Part shown: positions 17,075 through 26,652 of the stretch, one piece after another
Numbering within the stretch: position 1 is the first letter of the stretch
How the letters are laid out: each line of letters begins with the position of its first letter
Virus record (IMG/VR): IMGVR_UViG_3300020048_000035
Length of the DNA: 64,000 nucleotides
Source: an uncultured virus (IMG/VR IMGVR_UViG_3300020048_000035)
Lineage: Duplodnaviria; Heunggongvirae; Uroviricota; Caudoviricetes
Reading direction: 5' to 3' (one strand)
Made by a program: the position numbers and the translations under genes
The notes under the pieces: generated by a model
The model's database searches: none
Seen by the model: only the letters and a program-made list of their open reading frames with translations
What the model was told of the DNA's origin: nothing

Positions 17075-17402
17075 GATTCTTTAAACGATCCATGGTTGAA
17101 TTCATCTCGGAAATATACGTGTTATACTGAATAACAATACAACAATAGATGAAATGTAGAATATTAACATAAAATAATCCATTCCAATACCACGCCACGG
17201 GTAGTATCTTACCATCTGCGTCACGGTCTGCGAAGGTAGTGGCCATAATTAAAATCGCCATTAATGAAAATGCATGGAATAATAGGTTATCTACAGTACG
17301 GCTTGTACATGTTTTATGGAAAAATATGGGAAAATGAAATAAATTCCCACACCATTTATTTGTGAGCCATGCTAGGAACGATCTAATTCGTGTATAAGAC
17401 AT
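17067..17402 (-). CDS. small membrane protein, first gene of the leftward operon
   Basis: two hydrophobic segments; ATG 17402 just downstream of a promoter. Confidence 0.65.
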   Translation of the reverse strand: MSYTRIRSFLAWLTNKWCGNLFHFPIFFHKTCTSRTVDNLLFHAFSLMAILIMATTFADRDADGKILPVAWYWNGLFYVNILHFIYCCIVIQYNTYISEMNSTMDRLKNHE

Positions 17403-17433
17403 GATTAAATTTGAAATTAGAGTGGAAAATGAA

Positions 17434-17462
17434 ATTGTAAGTCTTATAGAATTGTTTGTCAA
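17434..17462 (-). promoter_or_regulatory. sigma70-type promoter heading the leftward array
   Basis: TTGACA-N17-TACAAT on the minus strand. Confidence 0.7.
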
Positions 17463-17650
17463 GTGGAGAATTATAGGGATCGCCACTATTCCCCACTTTT
17501 CGCCATTAATTCCCCTTGGATTTATTGTGTTTGTAGGGATCAAAAAACAGAGTAAAAACAGCTTCCTGGACGTGCGAACTTTTTTATATTGGTGTGCAAT
17601 AGCGTAGTCATAGCCTCTTTACCAAGTCCCTAAGGCTTTTTTAGTGTTGC

Positions 17651-17762
17651 ACAGTCCCTATTGTGTTGTATTATTACCACTGTTGTATCCATACCACTGT
17701 GGGGTTATTACAACAGTCCCTATTGTGTTGTATTATTACCACTGTTGTATCCATACCACTGT
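17651..17762. repeat. 50-bp direct repeat x2 with ACCACTGTTGTAT sub-repeats
   Basis: 17651-17700 is identical to 17713-17762. Confidence 0.9.
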
Positions 17763-17845
17763 TGTATATACACCACAGTATCCCCACTATTCCCCACTGT
17801 TGTATTTTTCCAACTTTGCACTGCAGCTGAATGACTTTACCATAG

Positions 17846-17882
17846 AAAAAGCCTGTAAACAGCTTTTGACTGTGTTACAGGC
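17846..17882 (-). terminator. intrinsic terminator
   Basis: GCCTGTAA...TTACAGGC stem plus T-run on minus, after ORF 17899-18204. Confidence 0.65.
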
Positions 17883-17898
17883 TGTATATTGATTTATA

Positions 17899-18204
17899 TT
17901 ACAGCTGTATGTATACACGCTCAAAGGTAATGTTATTATCTGTATAGTGTGCTACACGTGCAGCATCCATAGCAGTGGTTTCCCTAGTGTCACGCCATGC
18001 TCGGTAGTTTTCCACTACATCAAATGTAACTGAATATGAGGAAACATTTTCACTTTCTTCCACATGTTCTTGGCTAATAAATCCGGGTTGAGCAGCAGTC
18101 CACTCATTTTCTGTAGCCCATGCAGCGGCATTCTCTGGACTTGTTTGTCTGAACCAAACAACTCCTGTTGGTTTGGTTGAAATTGTTTTTACGGTAACTG
18201 GCAT
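17899..18204 (-). CDS. hypothetical protein
   Basis: AAGGAG RBS; TAAATA late-type box upstream. Confidence 0.75.
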   Translation of the reverse strand: MPVTVKTISTKPTGVVWFRQTSPENAAAWATENEWTAAQPGFISQEHVEESENVSSYSVTFDVVENYRAWRDTRETTAMDAARVAHYTDNNITFERVYIQL

Positions 18205-18239
18205 GATATAACTCCTTGTATATCTTTATTTAGTGGTAG

Positions 18240-18428
18240 GGATTCAAATCCAAATTATAGAATTTCGTTTTCAACATGAAATATTAGAATTTCACATGCA
18301 TATCCAAATTGCACATTTTCGTGCACAGATTTCGCGTGTGCATCCAAATTGTGCATTTTCGCGTGTGCATCCAAATTGCACATTTTCGTGCACAGATTTC
18401 GCGTGCGGATTTCGCGTGCGGATTTCGT
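18240..18428. repeat. 13/14-bp ATTTCGC-type tandem repeat array 1
   Basis: units ATCCAAATTGCAC / ATTTTCGTGCACAG / ATTTCGCGTGTGC / ATTTCGCGTGCGG. Confidence 0.9.
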
Positions 18429-18430
18429 CC

Positions 18431-18964
18431 CTATGTTTCACTTGCGGGTGTATTCATACTCACTTGCGATGCATGGTACTGTGTATACCATTGTTTAGCT
18501 GTTAATCCCTGTTTCCTAGCATCCCTAGCGCCGTCTACCTTATCCTTATAGTGAGCCCGTGTATCGAACCATTGGTCAATAGGGATGCCCCTATCTACCT
18601 TGTTTACTCTGGTAAGTTTCCCTACAATAATCTTCTGATACCGTTGCTGAAACTCTGGAAAGTTAGTAACACGGCTTAGATCATATACAGGTCGGTTGGT
18701 AATCTTAGTTCCTAGTACACGCATAACAGCTAGTGGATATAGTTCATCCGGTAGATCCCTATAGTTATCTGTAAAGAAGTGATCCACAGTATCTGACATT
18801 ACATATACACCCTGATCCATAAGCTCTGGGGTAATTTCAGCAATGGGGAAATGTTCCAACGCATAGTCCAGCGCAGTGTTTAGTGTAGCCAAGGCTGTGG
18901 GGATATCCTGTTGTTCCATTAGCGTCTTGTGTACTAGGTTTTCTACATGTAGTCGGTGGTTCAC
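18431..18964 (-). CDS. hypothetical protein
   Basis: 177-aa ORF, GTG start after AGGGA. Confidence 0.7.
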   Translation of the reverse strand: MNHRLHVENLVHKTLMEQQDIPTALATLNTALDYALEHFPIAEITPELMDQGVYVMSDTVDHFFTDNYRDLPDELYPLAVMRVLGTKITNRPVYDLSRVTNFPEFQQRYQKIIVGKLTRVNKVDRGIPIDQWFDTRAHYKDKVDGARDARKQGLTAKQWYTQYHASQVSMNTPASET

Positions 18965-19362
18965 GGTGTTTCCCTATTGTGTAATCTGCATGCATGCAGA
19001 TATTAGTCTGTTGATAATAGTCCCTATTGTAATGGGCGCGGTTTTTTCTGTCAAGCGAAATATAATACTGTTGTTTTTGTGGGATAATTAATTTAAAGTA
19101 ATGGCGGCATTTTAACCTAGTTTGGAAAAAATGTCAACAGTATCCCTATTGTTCTTGTGGATATAGGTTAAAGTTACGGCCTATTTCTACCACAGTATTG
19201 GTGCCGTGTCAACCATATCCCTACTGACAATAGGGTTATGGGTTAAAGTTGAGGGCGGACTCTATCATGGATATTCTATTGTGTCAAGGGTTTTTATTGT
19301 GTCTTTTATCTATCACAACGGGGATATGTTGTCAATAGGGATTTACCCCTAGTTTAGGATTA

Positions 19363-19445
19363 ACGCCCAGGGTCCCCGTCCATCCCGAGTGTTGGCTCTT
19401 CGAATCCATATGAATATTATAGCACGGTATTTTTGTCCGTGTCAA
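19363..19445 (-). ncRNA. promoter plus conserved ~50-nt element, copy 1 (putative sRNA)
   Basis: TTGACA-N18-TATAAT-N6-ATGGATTCGAAGAGCCAACACTCGGGATGGACGG...GGGCGT. Confidence 0.45.
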
Positions 19446-19464
19446 ACGGTGAAAATATAATATT

Positions 19465-19547
19465 GACGCCCACCCTCGCCGTCCATCCCGAGAGTGTCTC
19501 TTCGAATCCATGTATGTATTATAGAGGCATATGGAATTCTGTGTCAA
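19465..19547 (-). ncRNA. promoter plus conserved ~50-nt element, copy 2
   Basis: same architecture as copy 1. Confidence 0.45.
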
Positions 19548-19620
19548 GTGGAAATAGGGGGTTGACAGAAAAAAAATCACGGGTTATAGTGACGGTTCAT
19601 CAACAAACCGGAGTTTTATC

Positions 19621-19995
19621 GTGGCCTACATGAACCAAGCGAAGAAAGCACAGATTGCCCCCACTGTGAAAGAAATCCTCAAGCGGTATGGAGTCAAGGG
19701 CAGTCTCAGAGTCCGCAACCATCTGACCCTAGTGCTAACAGTACGCAGCGGTACCATTGACTTCAATAGGGACTATGGCGTTCCACAGGGCAAGGCGGAG
19801 CGGCACATTCAGGTCAATCCCTACCACTATCAGAGTCACTTCACAGGTACTGCTTTACAGTTCTTATCAGAGGTAATCCCTGCCATGAATTTGGGCAACC
19901 ATGATAACAGCAATGCTCAGATTGACTACTTTGATGTAGGGTTTTATACTGATATCAACATCGGCGACTGGGATAAACCTTATCAGTTGACTTGA
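19621..19995 (+). CDS. phage hypothetical early protein
   Basis: own promoter (19562-19590) and GGAG RBS. Confidence 0.8.
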   Translation: MAYMNQAKKAQIAPTVKEILKRYGVKGSLRVRNHLTLVLTVRSGTIDFNRDYGVPQGKAERHIQVNPYHYQSHFTGTALQFLSEVIPAMNLGNHDNSNAQIDYFDVGFYTDINIGDWDKPYQLT

Positions 19996-20030
19996 CAGTA
20001 AAATTAAAGTGGGGCTATAATAGCCCTACT
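19992..20030 (+). promoter_or_regulatory. early promoter with inverted repeat centred on -10 (representative copy)
   Basis: TTGACA-N18-TATAAT; AGTGGGGCTAT-A-ATAGCCCTACT. Confidence 0.8.
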
Positions 20031-20053
20031 GAAACAAACCACAGGAGTATCTT

Positions 20054-20401
20054 ATGTCAGCATTAAAGAATCGTTACATCAAGCAGGCCGAGAACGAAAC
20101 TGCGGTGATTGAGAAGTTTAAGATGGCACTGGACAAAGACCCTGCCTATGCCCTATCATGGGGGTGCGGAGTGTTTGCCGCTGCGGCTAAGTTGCGAGTA
20201 CTCAGGCAACTGATTAATGTACTGGGTGATGGTGAGGCCACGCAGGAAGATGTTCATAGCCTAATGATGGCCAATGTATTACATAAGAGCCAGTATCCTG
20301 CTCAGAGTTCTAGCCCTACCAGTAACCTGATTGAGCAGTATGAACTAGCGGCCTGTGCTGAGATTATTGCTGATCTGCCTCGCTATAAGTTTGACAATTA
20401 A
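20054..20401 (+). CDS. hypothetical early protein
   Basis: promoter plus AGGAG RBS. Confidence 0.8.
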   Translation: MSALKNRYIKQAENETAVIEKFKMALDKDPAYALSWGCGVFAAAAKLRVLRQLINVLGDGEATQEDVHSLMMANVLHKSQYPAQSSSPTSNLIEQYELAACAEIIADLPRYKFDN

Positions 20402-20449
20402 TTAAAAGTAGGGGTATAATACTCCTACTGTAATCTACCGGAGTTAATC

Positions 20450-20875
20450 ATGACTGAATTCCAATGTACTTCTTGTGGCGGTAATCGGGTGTTGTGCGAT
20501 GCGTGGGTGGGTCTCAATGACCCAGAGGATGTACGAATCTTTGATCAGGCTTTCTGTGAGGATTGCGATGGGGAGTGTAGTGTAGAAGAGGTAGAAGTGT
20601 TAGATGATGAGCCTCAGTCACAGCCAGTAATTGACGAACAAAACTGTACGCACTTTGAGATGTTCACTGATGCTGGAAATCGCATGGTGGCACAGCTTGT
20701 TAAGAATGCCGTAGCCATGGAACTTGACTGGGCGACAGTTCATGCTCAGTTACATGAACTTGCCAAGAATGATCGGTATGGCGAGGCCACAGACAGTTCA
20801 GTGCGTGAGATAGTATTCTGGGCGATTGGTGCTGAACGCCGTGGTGAGCAGTACTGGGTTTTACAACTGAAGTAA
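20450..20875 (+). CDS. hypothetical early protein with Zn-ribbon
   Basis: CTSC...CEDC; own promoter. Confidence 0.8.
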   Translation: MTEFQCTSCGGNRVLCDAWVGLNDPEDVRIFDQAFCEDCDGECSVEEVEVLDDEPQSQPVIDEQNCTHFEMFTDAGNRMVAQLVKNAVAMELDWATVHAQLHELAKNDRYGEATDSSVREIVFWAIGAERRGEQYWVLQLK

Positions 20876-20920
20876 GGTGGGAGTATAATACTCCTACCAA
20901 CTAACCAACAGGGGAACGTA

Positions 20921-21217
20921 ATGGGTGCTACTAATTTTGCTTGTATTGCTCGTGGTAAGGACGCTAAAGAGGCCTTTTCAAGTGCTCGTGATGATGCCTT
21001 GTATGAATTTGGCCATGGCGGTTACACTGGCTCTATTGCCGAGAAAAACGGTTTCAAACTGGTTACACTCACAGAGTCCGAGTTAACTGATCTCTCGTTG
21101 TTCAATGCTAAGATTGACGAGTTAATTGACACTGAGTTTAGCGACAAATGGGGTGAGGCAGGCTGTGTTAAGGTCAAAGAAGATATGTATTACTTCTTTG
21201 GCATGGCAAGCTGTTAA
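20921..21217 (+). CDS. hypothetical early protein
   Basis: own promoter and RBS. Confidence 0.8.
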   Translation: MGATNFACIARGKDAKEAFSSARDDALYEFGHGGYTGSIAEKNGFKLVTLTESELTDLSLFNAKIDELIDTEFSDKWGEAGCVKVKEDMYYFFGMASC

Positions 21218-21255
21218 CTGTGGTACAATAACCTTTCTACTTAACTGGAGTTGTT

Positions 21256-21492
21256 ATGAAAGTCTCTACTTTGATTGCTGTGTTACAGGGAATGGATCCC
21301 AATGATGAAGTACACTTTAGCTACAACGCTAAGGACTACTGGAACACTCAGGTAGCACCCAAGGTAGATACAGTGTATCAATCCAATGTCCGGTACGATG
21401 ACTATCACGGCATGGACAAGATTCAGGATGATGAGGAAGATGATATCATCTTAGATTCTACATTTAGACGAGTTGTAGTTATTACCGCTTGA
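21256..21492 (+). CDS. hypothetical early protein
   Basis: GGAG RBS. Confidence 0.8.
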   Translation: MKVSTLIAVLQGMDPNDEVHFSYNAKDYWNTQVAPKVDTVYQSNVRYDDYHGMDKIQDDEEDDIILDSTFRRVVVITA

Positions 21493-21551
21493 CAAGCAAA
21501 TTCAGGTGGGGGTATAATACTTTCACCTTAACAAACCACACGGAGAAGTAA

Positions 21552-21908
21552 ATGAATACAATGACAAACGAGCAGCGCGACTACTTGATCAAACGCTTAA
21601 ACGAAATCACACGCGATAAAGTTCGCGCCAAAGAACTGGCATTGTACGGTGCTGGTGGTGCTACCCAACCTACATGGGGGCAGGTGTTTGCCGCTATCAA
21701 GGCAGGGGAGATTGTACTTAAAGAGGGTACTGAGTCACTTACCCGTGCTTATCTGATGCCTACTGATGTTGAATGGCCTGCTCTGACTGCTAAAGCTGCC
21801 GAGTTGGAAGAGTACAAAGACCTGTTGCGTATTGAGCGTCAGCGTATTATTGACAGCCTTTGGTTGGGCGGGGCTGCTGACGCACTTACCGATTACGCCA
21901 ACCTGTAG
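21552..21908 (+). CDS. hypothetical early protein
   Basis: own promoter and RBS. Confidence 0.8.
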   Translation: MNTMTNEQRDYLIKRLNEITRDKVRAKELALYGAGGATQPTWGQVFAAIKAGEIVLKEGTESLTRAYLMPTDVEWPALTAKAAELEEYKDLLRIERQRIIDSLWLGGAADALTDYANL

Positions 21909-21969
21909 TTGACAGAGTAGTTCAGGTGGGAGTATAATACTCCTACCTTAATCAAACCACGGAGTTATC

Positions 21970-22335
21970 ATGAAAACACCTCAAGTAGCAGCATTGTCAG
22001 GCATGACCCCACTAGGTATCAACCAGTTCGCAGAGATCCCTACCATTCAACCTGATGGCAAGACGGACATCAATACCATTGTCCGTGCTATCATCTTTGG
22101 CGACTTCACCAATCATGAGATTGATTCCCTTATTCAGGCAGTTAAAATTGCCCGTACTAATTTGGGCGAGAAGAACAAGCAGGCTATTGACATAGGTACT
22201 AATGTGAACTTTACTTCACGCACAGGCCGTAACTTTACTGGTGTAGTCACCAAGGTTGCCATTAAGAATATCACTGTGCGTACCGCTGATGGTGGGTATG
22301 TAGTACCTGCTAATATGGTTCGAGTAATTGACTAG
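21970..22335 (+). CDS. hypothetical early protein, SH3/KOW-like C-terminus
   Basis: own promoter and RBS; GTNVNF...GVVTKV..KNITV. Confidence 0.75.
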   Translation: MKTPQVAALSGMTPLGINQFAEIPTIQPDGKTDINTIVRAIIFGDFTNHEIDSLIQAVKIARTNLGEKNKQAIDIGTNVNFTSRTGRNFTGVVTKVAIKNITVRTADGGYVVPANMVRVID

Positions 22336-22420
22336 CACTTGACAGGCAAAACACAATGGGGCTACAATAGCCCTGTTGTAGTGAATAACCTTTAACCTTA
22401 ACCAAAGAGAGGAACACAAA

Positions 22421-23125
22421 ATTCCAAATTGGTGTCAGAATTCCCTAACCATTACCCACGATGATCCTGCGATGATTGCCCGTGCCAAGGCAGCGTTTGA
22501 GGCTGAAAAATTATTCAATGAGTTCATTCCTGTGCCACAAGACTTGGTTGATACTGTCAGTGGCTACATGGGTGATGGTGAGGATCAGCTTAAGCTAGAG
22601 GCACAGAGTGCCAAGAACCGTCATGCCTACGGCTATGCCAACTGGTATGACTTCTGTTGCAGTGAGTGGGGTACTAAGTGGGATATAAATGGTGGCGAGA
22701 TCACCAGTGAAACAGAAAATATGCTGGTCATGTACTTTGATACAGCATATAGTCCTGCTATTGCTGCGTATGACAAGTTGACTGCGCTAGGCTTTGGCAT
22801 TGAGGCTATGTACTACGAGTCAGGCATGCAGTTCTGTGGCACATACACCTCAGAGGATGGTGATGATTGTATTGATATCACAGGGGATAGCTCATGGGTA
22901 GAACGCAATATCCCCCCAGAGATTGATGCTCAGTTCGCTATCAGCGAGTGGATGAGCGAGTATGAACAGCAGAATGCCGAGGACGAGAATGAAGTCCTTA
23001 TTGATCAGGTGTTGGAACGGATCAAGGAAGATGTCGCCAAGGGTGATGTTACTGCCGTTGCTGAGTTGTTGGGCTTTATTCCTGTGGAGAAACTCAAGGT
23101 TTATCTTGATCCCGAGAACAATTGA
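22421..23125 (+). CDS. DUF1281/YubB-like ferredoxin-fold protein (probable ATT start)
   Basis: (M)PNWCQN...NWYDF...WGTKWD...FDTAYSP...YYESGM.FCG. Confidence 0.7.
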   Translation: MPNWCQNSLTITHDDPAMIARAKAAFEAEKLFNEFIPVPQDLVDTVSGYMGDGEDQLKLEAQSAKNRHAYGYANWYDFCCSEWGTKWDINGGEITSETENMLVMYFDTAYSPAIAAYDKLTALGFGIEAMYYESGMQFCGTYTSEDGDDCIDITGDSSWVERNIPPEIDAQFAISEWMSEYEQQNAEDENEVLIDQVLERIKEDVAKGDVTAVAELLGFIPVEKLKVYLDPENN

Positions 23126-23190
23126 CAGTTAACTAGTTCCTAGGTTATACTGTGGTATAATCTAGTCTCTAATTCAACAAGGATTTTAAA

Positions 23191-23376
23191 ATGTACACTA
23201 ACAACATTTATAGTTGCCGTTCTGAGTCTGGCGATTTTGAGATAGTGGCAGGTGAAGATTTAGAAGATGCTATGGAGAGTTATAACAGGCATTTCCCTGA
23301 AAAAGAATTAGAATCAGTTTTTTTGATGGTTTGGAGTAAAGATGATGAAGATAATCAGGATGACGATGACAACTAA
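23191..23376 (+). CDS. hypothetical acidic early protein
   Basis: own promoter and RBS. Confidence 0.7.
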   Translation: MYTNNIYSCRSESGDFEIVAGEDLEDAMESYNRHFPEKELESVFLMVWSKDDEDNQDDDDN

Positions 23377-23423
23377 ATAGTTTTCGTGTTATACTGTAGT
23401 CCAGTCACCAACAGGAGTTAGTC

Positions 23424-23774
23424 ATGCGAGTCTATGTTTACTACAACCTACGCAAGAAAGTCTTCTCAGTCAAGGCACTGGAGGGTGAGAAGAAAGGTTT
23501 AGTTATCGCCCATGTTAAACGCATCTCCCTAGAGAATGTGGAGTTTCATGTATCACAAGCAGGCAGAGCCAGAGTCCTGCGTGAACAGCAGAAGAATGTT
23601 CACGCCGGAGCTAGGGGTACATGGGTTGTTGGTGCTAACGAGCCACATAGCCTGACTCAGGTTACTTACAATCCTTACCTGTACAGCACCTTTGTTCAGG
23701 CAGACACACAAGAACCAGTGTATAATGCCACATATGCTTATCTACACGATAAGCGAATCTTTGCTCAACTATAA
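23424..23774 (+). CDS. phage hypothetical protein
   Basis: VY.NL.K..FSV...AGR.RVLRE..KNVHA...YNPY. Confidence 0.8.
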   Translation: MRVYVYYNLRKKVFSVKALEGEKKGLVIAHVKRISLENVEFHVSQAGRARVLREQQKNVHAGARGTWVVGANEPHSLTQVTYNPYLYSTFVQADTQEPVYNATYAYLHDKRIFAQL

Positions 23775-23782
23775 GGAATACC

Positions 23783-23977
23783 ATGCCACAGATTTACAAC
23801 CATGCGTTTGACTTTGCCTTTTCAATTGAGACCACTGACGAGACTGGTGAGAACATCACTGGCGCAGAGTTCCGAGAGCATATCAAGGCAGCACTAGCCA
23901 GACTCACAGATGACGACATTGTGAGTAACTGTGGTATGCCGTTTGATACCTATGAAGTTGACCCAGTTGACGGTTAA
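23783..23977 (+). CDS. hypothetical early protein
   Basis: AAGGA RBS. Confidence 0.7.
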   Translation: MPQIYNHAFDFAFSIETTDETGENITGAEFREHIKAALARLTDDDIVSNCGMPFDTYEVDPVDG

Positions 23978-24025
23978 ATAGTTTCTGTAGTATACTGTAG
24001 TCTCACACACAAACCGGAGTACACC

Positions 24026-24358
24026 ATGAGTAATGTAAGCAAGATGATTTCGGACGCAAAGACAATGACCGGAACAATGACTACCCTTGTTGACCGGACT
24101 ACTATCCAACGAGTAACTGTAACTCGTCTTGACGATGGTCAGTGGGAAATGGTTTTTGAATATGGTCTGACTGCTGGTGATAAGGCATTCATGCGATCAT
24201 TCAATGAACAGTTCAACCAGTACGATATCAGTGATAAACAAATCACAGACTTCTTGCTTGGCTATGATGAGGAATACTTTGATGGTTACAGCGAGTTGGC
24301 AGACGCATACAATCTTTGGACTGATGCGGTACAGTTCACAAACGCAATCAAGGGGTAA
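24026..24358 (+). CDS. hypothetical early protein (DAYxLW family)
   Basis: own promoter; DAYNLWTDA. Confidence 0.75.
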   Translation: MSNVSKMISDAKTMTGTMTTLVDRTTIQRVTVTRLDDGQWEMVFEYGLTAGDKAFMRSFNEQFNQYDISDKQITDFLLGYDEEYFDGYSELADAYNLWTDAVQFTNAIKG

Positions 24359-24361
24359 TAA

Positions 24362-24526
24362 ATGCCTAACTGGTACTATACCCGTACTGTGGTACAATCA
24401 GTAATGATCGTGGCTGATAGCGAGGATGAGGCGTATGCCCAGTTAGTTGATGACTCTGGGTCATACGAGGAAGAAGTAACTACCGTTGAGGGAGAATGGA
24501 CGGTAGATGGTATTGGATACGACTAG
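24362..24526 (+). CDS. small acidic protein (54 aa, not in track)
   Basis: MPNWYYTRTVVQSVMIVADSEDEA. Confidence 0.6.
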   Translation: MPNWYYTRTVVQSVMIVADSEDEAYAQLVDDSGSYEEEVTTVEGEWTVDGIGYD

Positions 24527-24587
24527 TGACTTGACAACCAAATAAACCGTGGGTTATACTGTAGTCTCACTAATCAAGGAGTACACA

Positions 24588-24767
24588 ATGACCATTGAAA
24601 AACTAAAGTACAACATGGCAGAACGAGTGGTTGCCAAGATGGAACTGGACGAGTTTAGCACTCAAGAGATCACCCACTTTGTGGAGCATTATGATGACAT
24701 GACTCTTGCAGATTTTCTTCGTGAAGTTGCGTTGTATGCTCCAGATTTGCTAGTCGGAAACGCCTAG
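24588..24767 (+). CDS. hypothetical early protein
   Basis: own promoter and AAGGAG RBS. Confidence 0.7.
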   Translation: MTIEKLKYNMAERVVAKMELDEFSTQEITHFVEHYDDMTLADFLREVALYAPDLLVGNA

Positions 24768-25461
24768 CAGCGTGTCTAGCTATCAATGCCGCGCTGATTT
24801 TGGCGCGGGTTTCAGGTGAGTAGGTTCGGCCTTTATTTGCCTCACTTACTTTGGCACGGTGTTCCGGTGAGGTGTTTCGTTTTCTATTTGCCTCGGCTAT
24901 CTTGGCACGGTATTCCGGTGAAGCGTTTCTTTTTGCCGCACTCAGTTTGGCGCGGGTTTCAGGTGATACAATACGGTTTCTAGATGCCTCACTAATTTTA
25001 GCACGGGCTTCAGGTGATCTAATGTTATCTGAGAAGCCTCGTTTTTTAGCTGCCTCGCTCATTTTGGCACGGGTTTCAGGTGAGATGTTTCTAGCTGCCG
25101 CACTCATTTTGGCACGGGTTTCCGATGAGTGGGTTCGGCCTTTATTTGCCTCACTAATTTTGGCGCGGGTTTCTTCTGTGTGAATGATACCACCACCATG
25201 ACCATTCTCTGGCTTGAGGTTTGCCCATTCAGGAGATTCAACTACATCGTATAATTCACTGTAGTATAATCCCCATTTACTCACTTCTTCTTTTGTTTGA
25301 CATTCCATCAATATATCTGTATCATGGTCATCACCATGTTTATTGAGATGGCGAAGCCAATATTTTCCAGATCCGTTGTATCTATATGGGTTGTTCTTTG
25401 TTTGACCGAGGTACTTGAGGCCAGTTATTTTATGGGTTTTGATGTACAAATAAATAGTCAT
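24670..25461 (-). CDS. GIY-YIG (Seg-like) homing endonuclease with NUMOD3 repeats
   Basis: YLYIKTH..TGLKYLGQT...Y.GSG; many SPETRAKIS repeats. Confidence 0.85.
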   Translation of the reverse strand: MTIYLYIKTHKITGLKYLGQTKNNPYRYNGSGKYWLRHLNKHGDDHDTDILMECQTKEEVSKWGLYYSELYDVVESPEWANLKPENGHGGGIIHTEETRAKISEANKGRTHSSETRAKMSAAARNISPETRAKMSEAAKKRGFSDNIRSPEARAKISEASRNRIVSPETRAKLSAAKRNASPEYRAKIAEANRKRNTSPEHRAKVSEANKGRTYSPETRAKISAALIARHAARRFRLANLEHTTQLHEENLQESCHHNAPQSG

Positions 25462-25550
25462 GCTGATGTCTCCTGTGACGTTAGAGTAGTTGGGATTCCC
25501 GTCCGCGAACTACATTTTTATTTATATAACATTCTCAGTTCCCGATTAAT

Positions 25551-25596
25551 TCTGTGCTATACTATCAGTTCTGTATCTAACTAGGAGTTTGTATGA
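25551..25596 (+). repeat. 46-bp promoter/RBS cassette, exact copy at 25873-25918
   Basis: TCTGTGCTATACTATCAGTTCTGTATCTAACTAGGAGTTTGTATGA. Confidence 0.9.
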
Positions 25597-25850
25597 ATTA
25601 TCTTACTAAGTTTGTTGAACAACGCAACGCGATGAATATTCTTTTCAAACAACCACTACTCAACCTAGACCTTGCCAAGGATCGGCAGAGCATTGCTGAT
25701 ATGATTGACTCAGCCTTATCGCCAGAAAATTTGAGTTGCGATGGTGAACTCAGCCGTGCCCAGATCAACCGCAAGTACCGTGAGTTGACTGGTGCCGCCA
25801 AGGAACTACAGGCACTTGATCCATCTGTTAAGTTCTACGAGTTCGAGTAA
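25593..25850 (+). CDS. phage hypothetical protein
   Basis: LSPENLSCDGE motif; cassette upstream. Confidence 0.8.
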   Translation: MNYLTKFVEQRNAMNILFKQPLLNLDLAKDRQSIADMIDSALSPENLSCDGELSRAQINRKYRELTGAAKELQALDPSVKFYEFE

Positions 25851-25914
25851 CCCAACGGGGCGAAAGCCCCTATCTGTGCTATACTATCAGTTCTGTATCT
25901 AACTAGGAGTTTGT

Positions 25915-26187
25915 ATGATTACATTGGAACTTATTCAGGCAGCTTATCCGCCAGTCTCTACCTATGTTCATGCTAAGACAGGTCATATCCCCATGGCACT
26001 GTTCGAGGCACTAGAGCCACAGTTCCGTGCTCTGATGAAGAAACATACACTGCGTATGTACTACCGTGGACGGCGGTTTAGCAACGACAACAGCTATCTT
26101 TATCGGGGGCGTAGGCCAACCACAACCATGCGTCGTGATGCTACTCACGTCGTGTTTTATTACAAAGGAGATTACTATGGCCAGTAA
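25915..26187 (+). CDS. hypothetical early protein
   Basis: cassette upstream. Confidence 0.75.
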   Translation: MITLELIQAAYPPVSTYVHAKTGHIPMALFEALEPQFRALMKKHTLRMYYRGRRFSNDNSYLYRGRRPTTTMRRDATHVVFYYKGDYYGQ

Positions 26188-26431
26188 TCCCAAGGAAGTG
26201 GCGGCAGTTATTGACTGGGTAACCAGTGGTAAAGCGCAGATAACTGGCCGAGTACAAATTAACACCAGAGTTTCTAGCTATGGGTTAAAGCATCGTGCCG
26301 AAGAGGCTATAGGTTGGTACATCAGCAATGAATCTTTAATTGATGGTATGATTGCGCTAGGGTTTAGAGCAGAGAAATGCGATCCTAAAAATTACTTTTT
26401 CAATATCAACATTCCCAAGGAGAAGTATTGA
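26177..26431 (+). CDS. phage hypothetical protein (SSYGLKH motif)
   Basis: AAGGAG RBS; SSYGLKH..E....YISN. Confidence 0.75.
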   Translation: MASNPKEVAAVIDWVTSGKAQITGRVQINTRVSSYGLKHRAEEAIGWYISNESLIDGMIALGFRAEKCDPKNYFFNINIPKEKY

Positions 26432-26652
26432 TGCCTAAGTTCACTGTAACAGGCCGTGAAGTGGTATACTACCTCAAGGTAGTAGAGGCTGAGTCTATTG
26501 AAGAGGTAAAGCGTAAGTGGAAAACATACGAGTTCTCTTTTGAGGCCTCTGATGTAGAAGACACCGCTGATTTTACACTTGGCGACATTGAACCACATGA
26601 GGAAGAAGATGAAAGTCAAAGAACAGAAGAACGGAGCATGGACAACCTTTGA
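26431..26652 (+). CDS. small acidic protein (VEAE family, DpnD/PcfM-like)
   Basis: KFTV...Y..VVEAES.EE. Confidence 0.65.
   Translation: MPKFTVTGREVVYYLKVVEAESIEEVKRKWKTYEFSFEASDVEDTADFTLGDIEPHEEEDESQRTEERSMDNL

Larger units (their letters stand above)
19026..19547 (-). promoter_or_regulatory. cluster of seven leftward TTGACA promoter-like sites
   Basis: TGTCAA at 19049, 19132, 19207, 19282, 19330, 19440, 19542; five have good -10 boxes at 17-18 bp. Confidence 0.7.

Noticed and set aside
19332..19580. Conserved peptide MDSK... from the 50-nt element
   Set aside because: The frame is not conserved across the four copies, though a very short leaderless peptide cannot be excluded.
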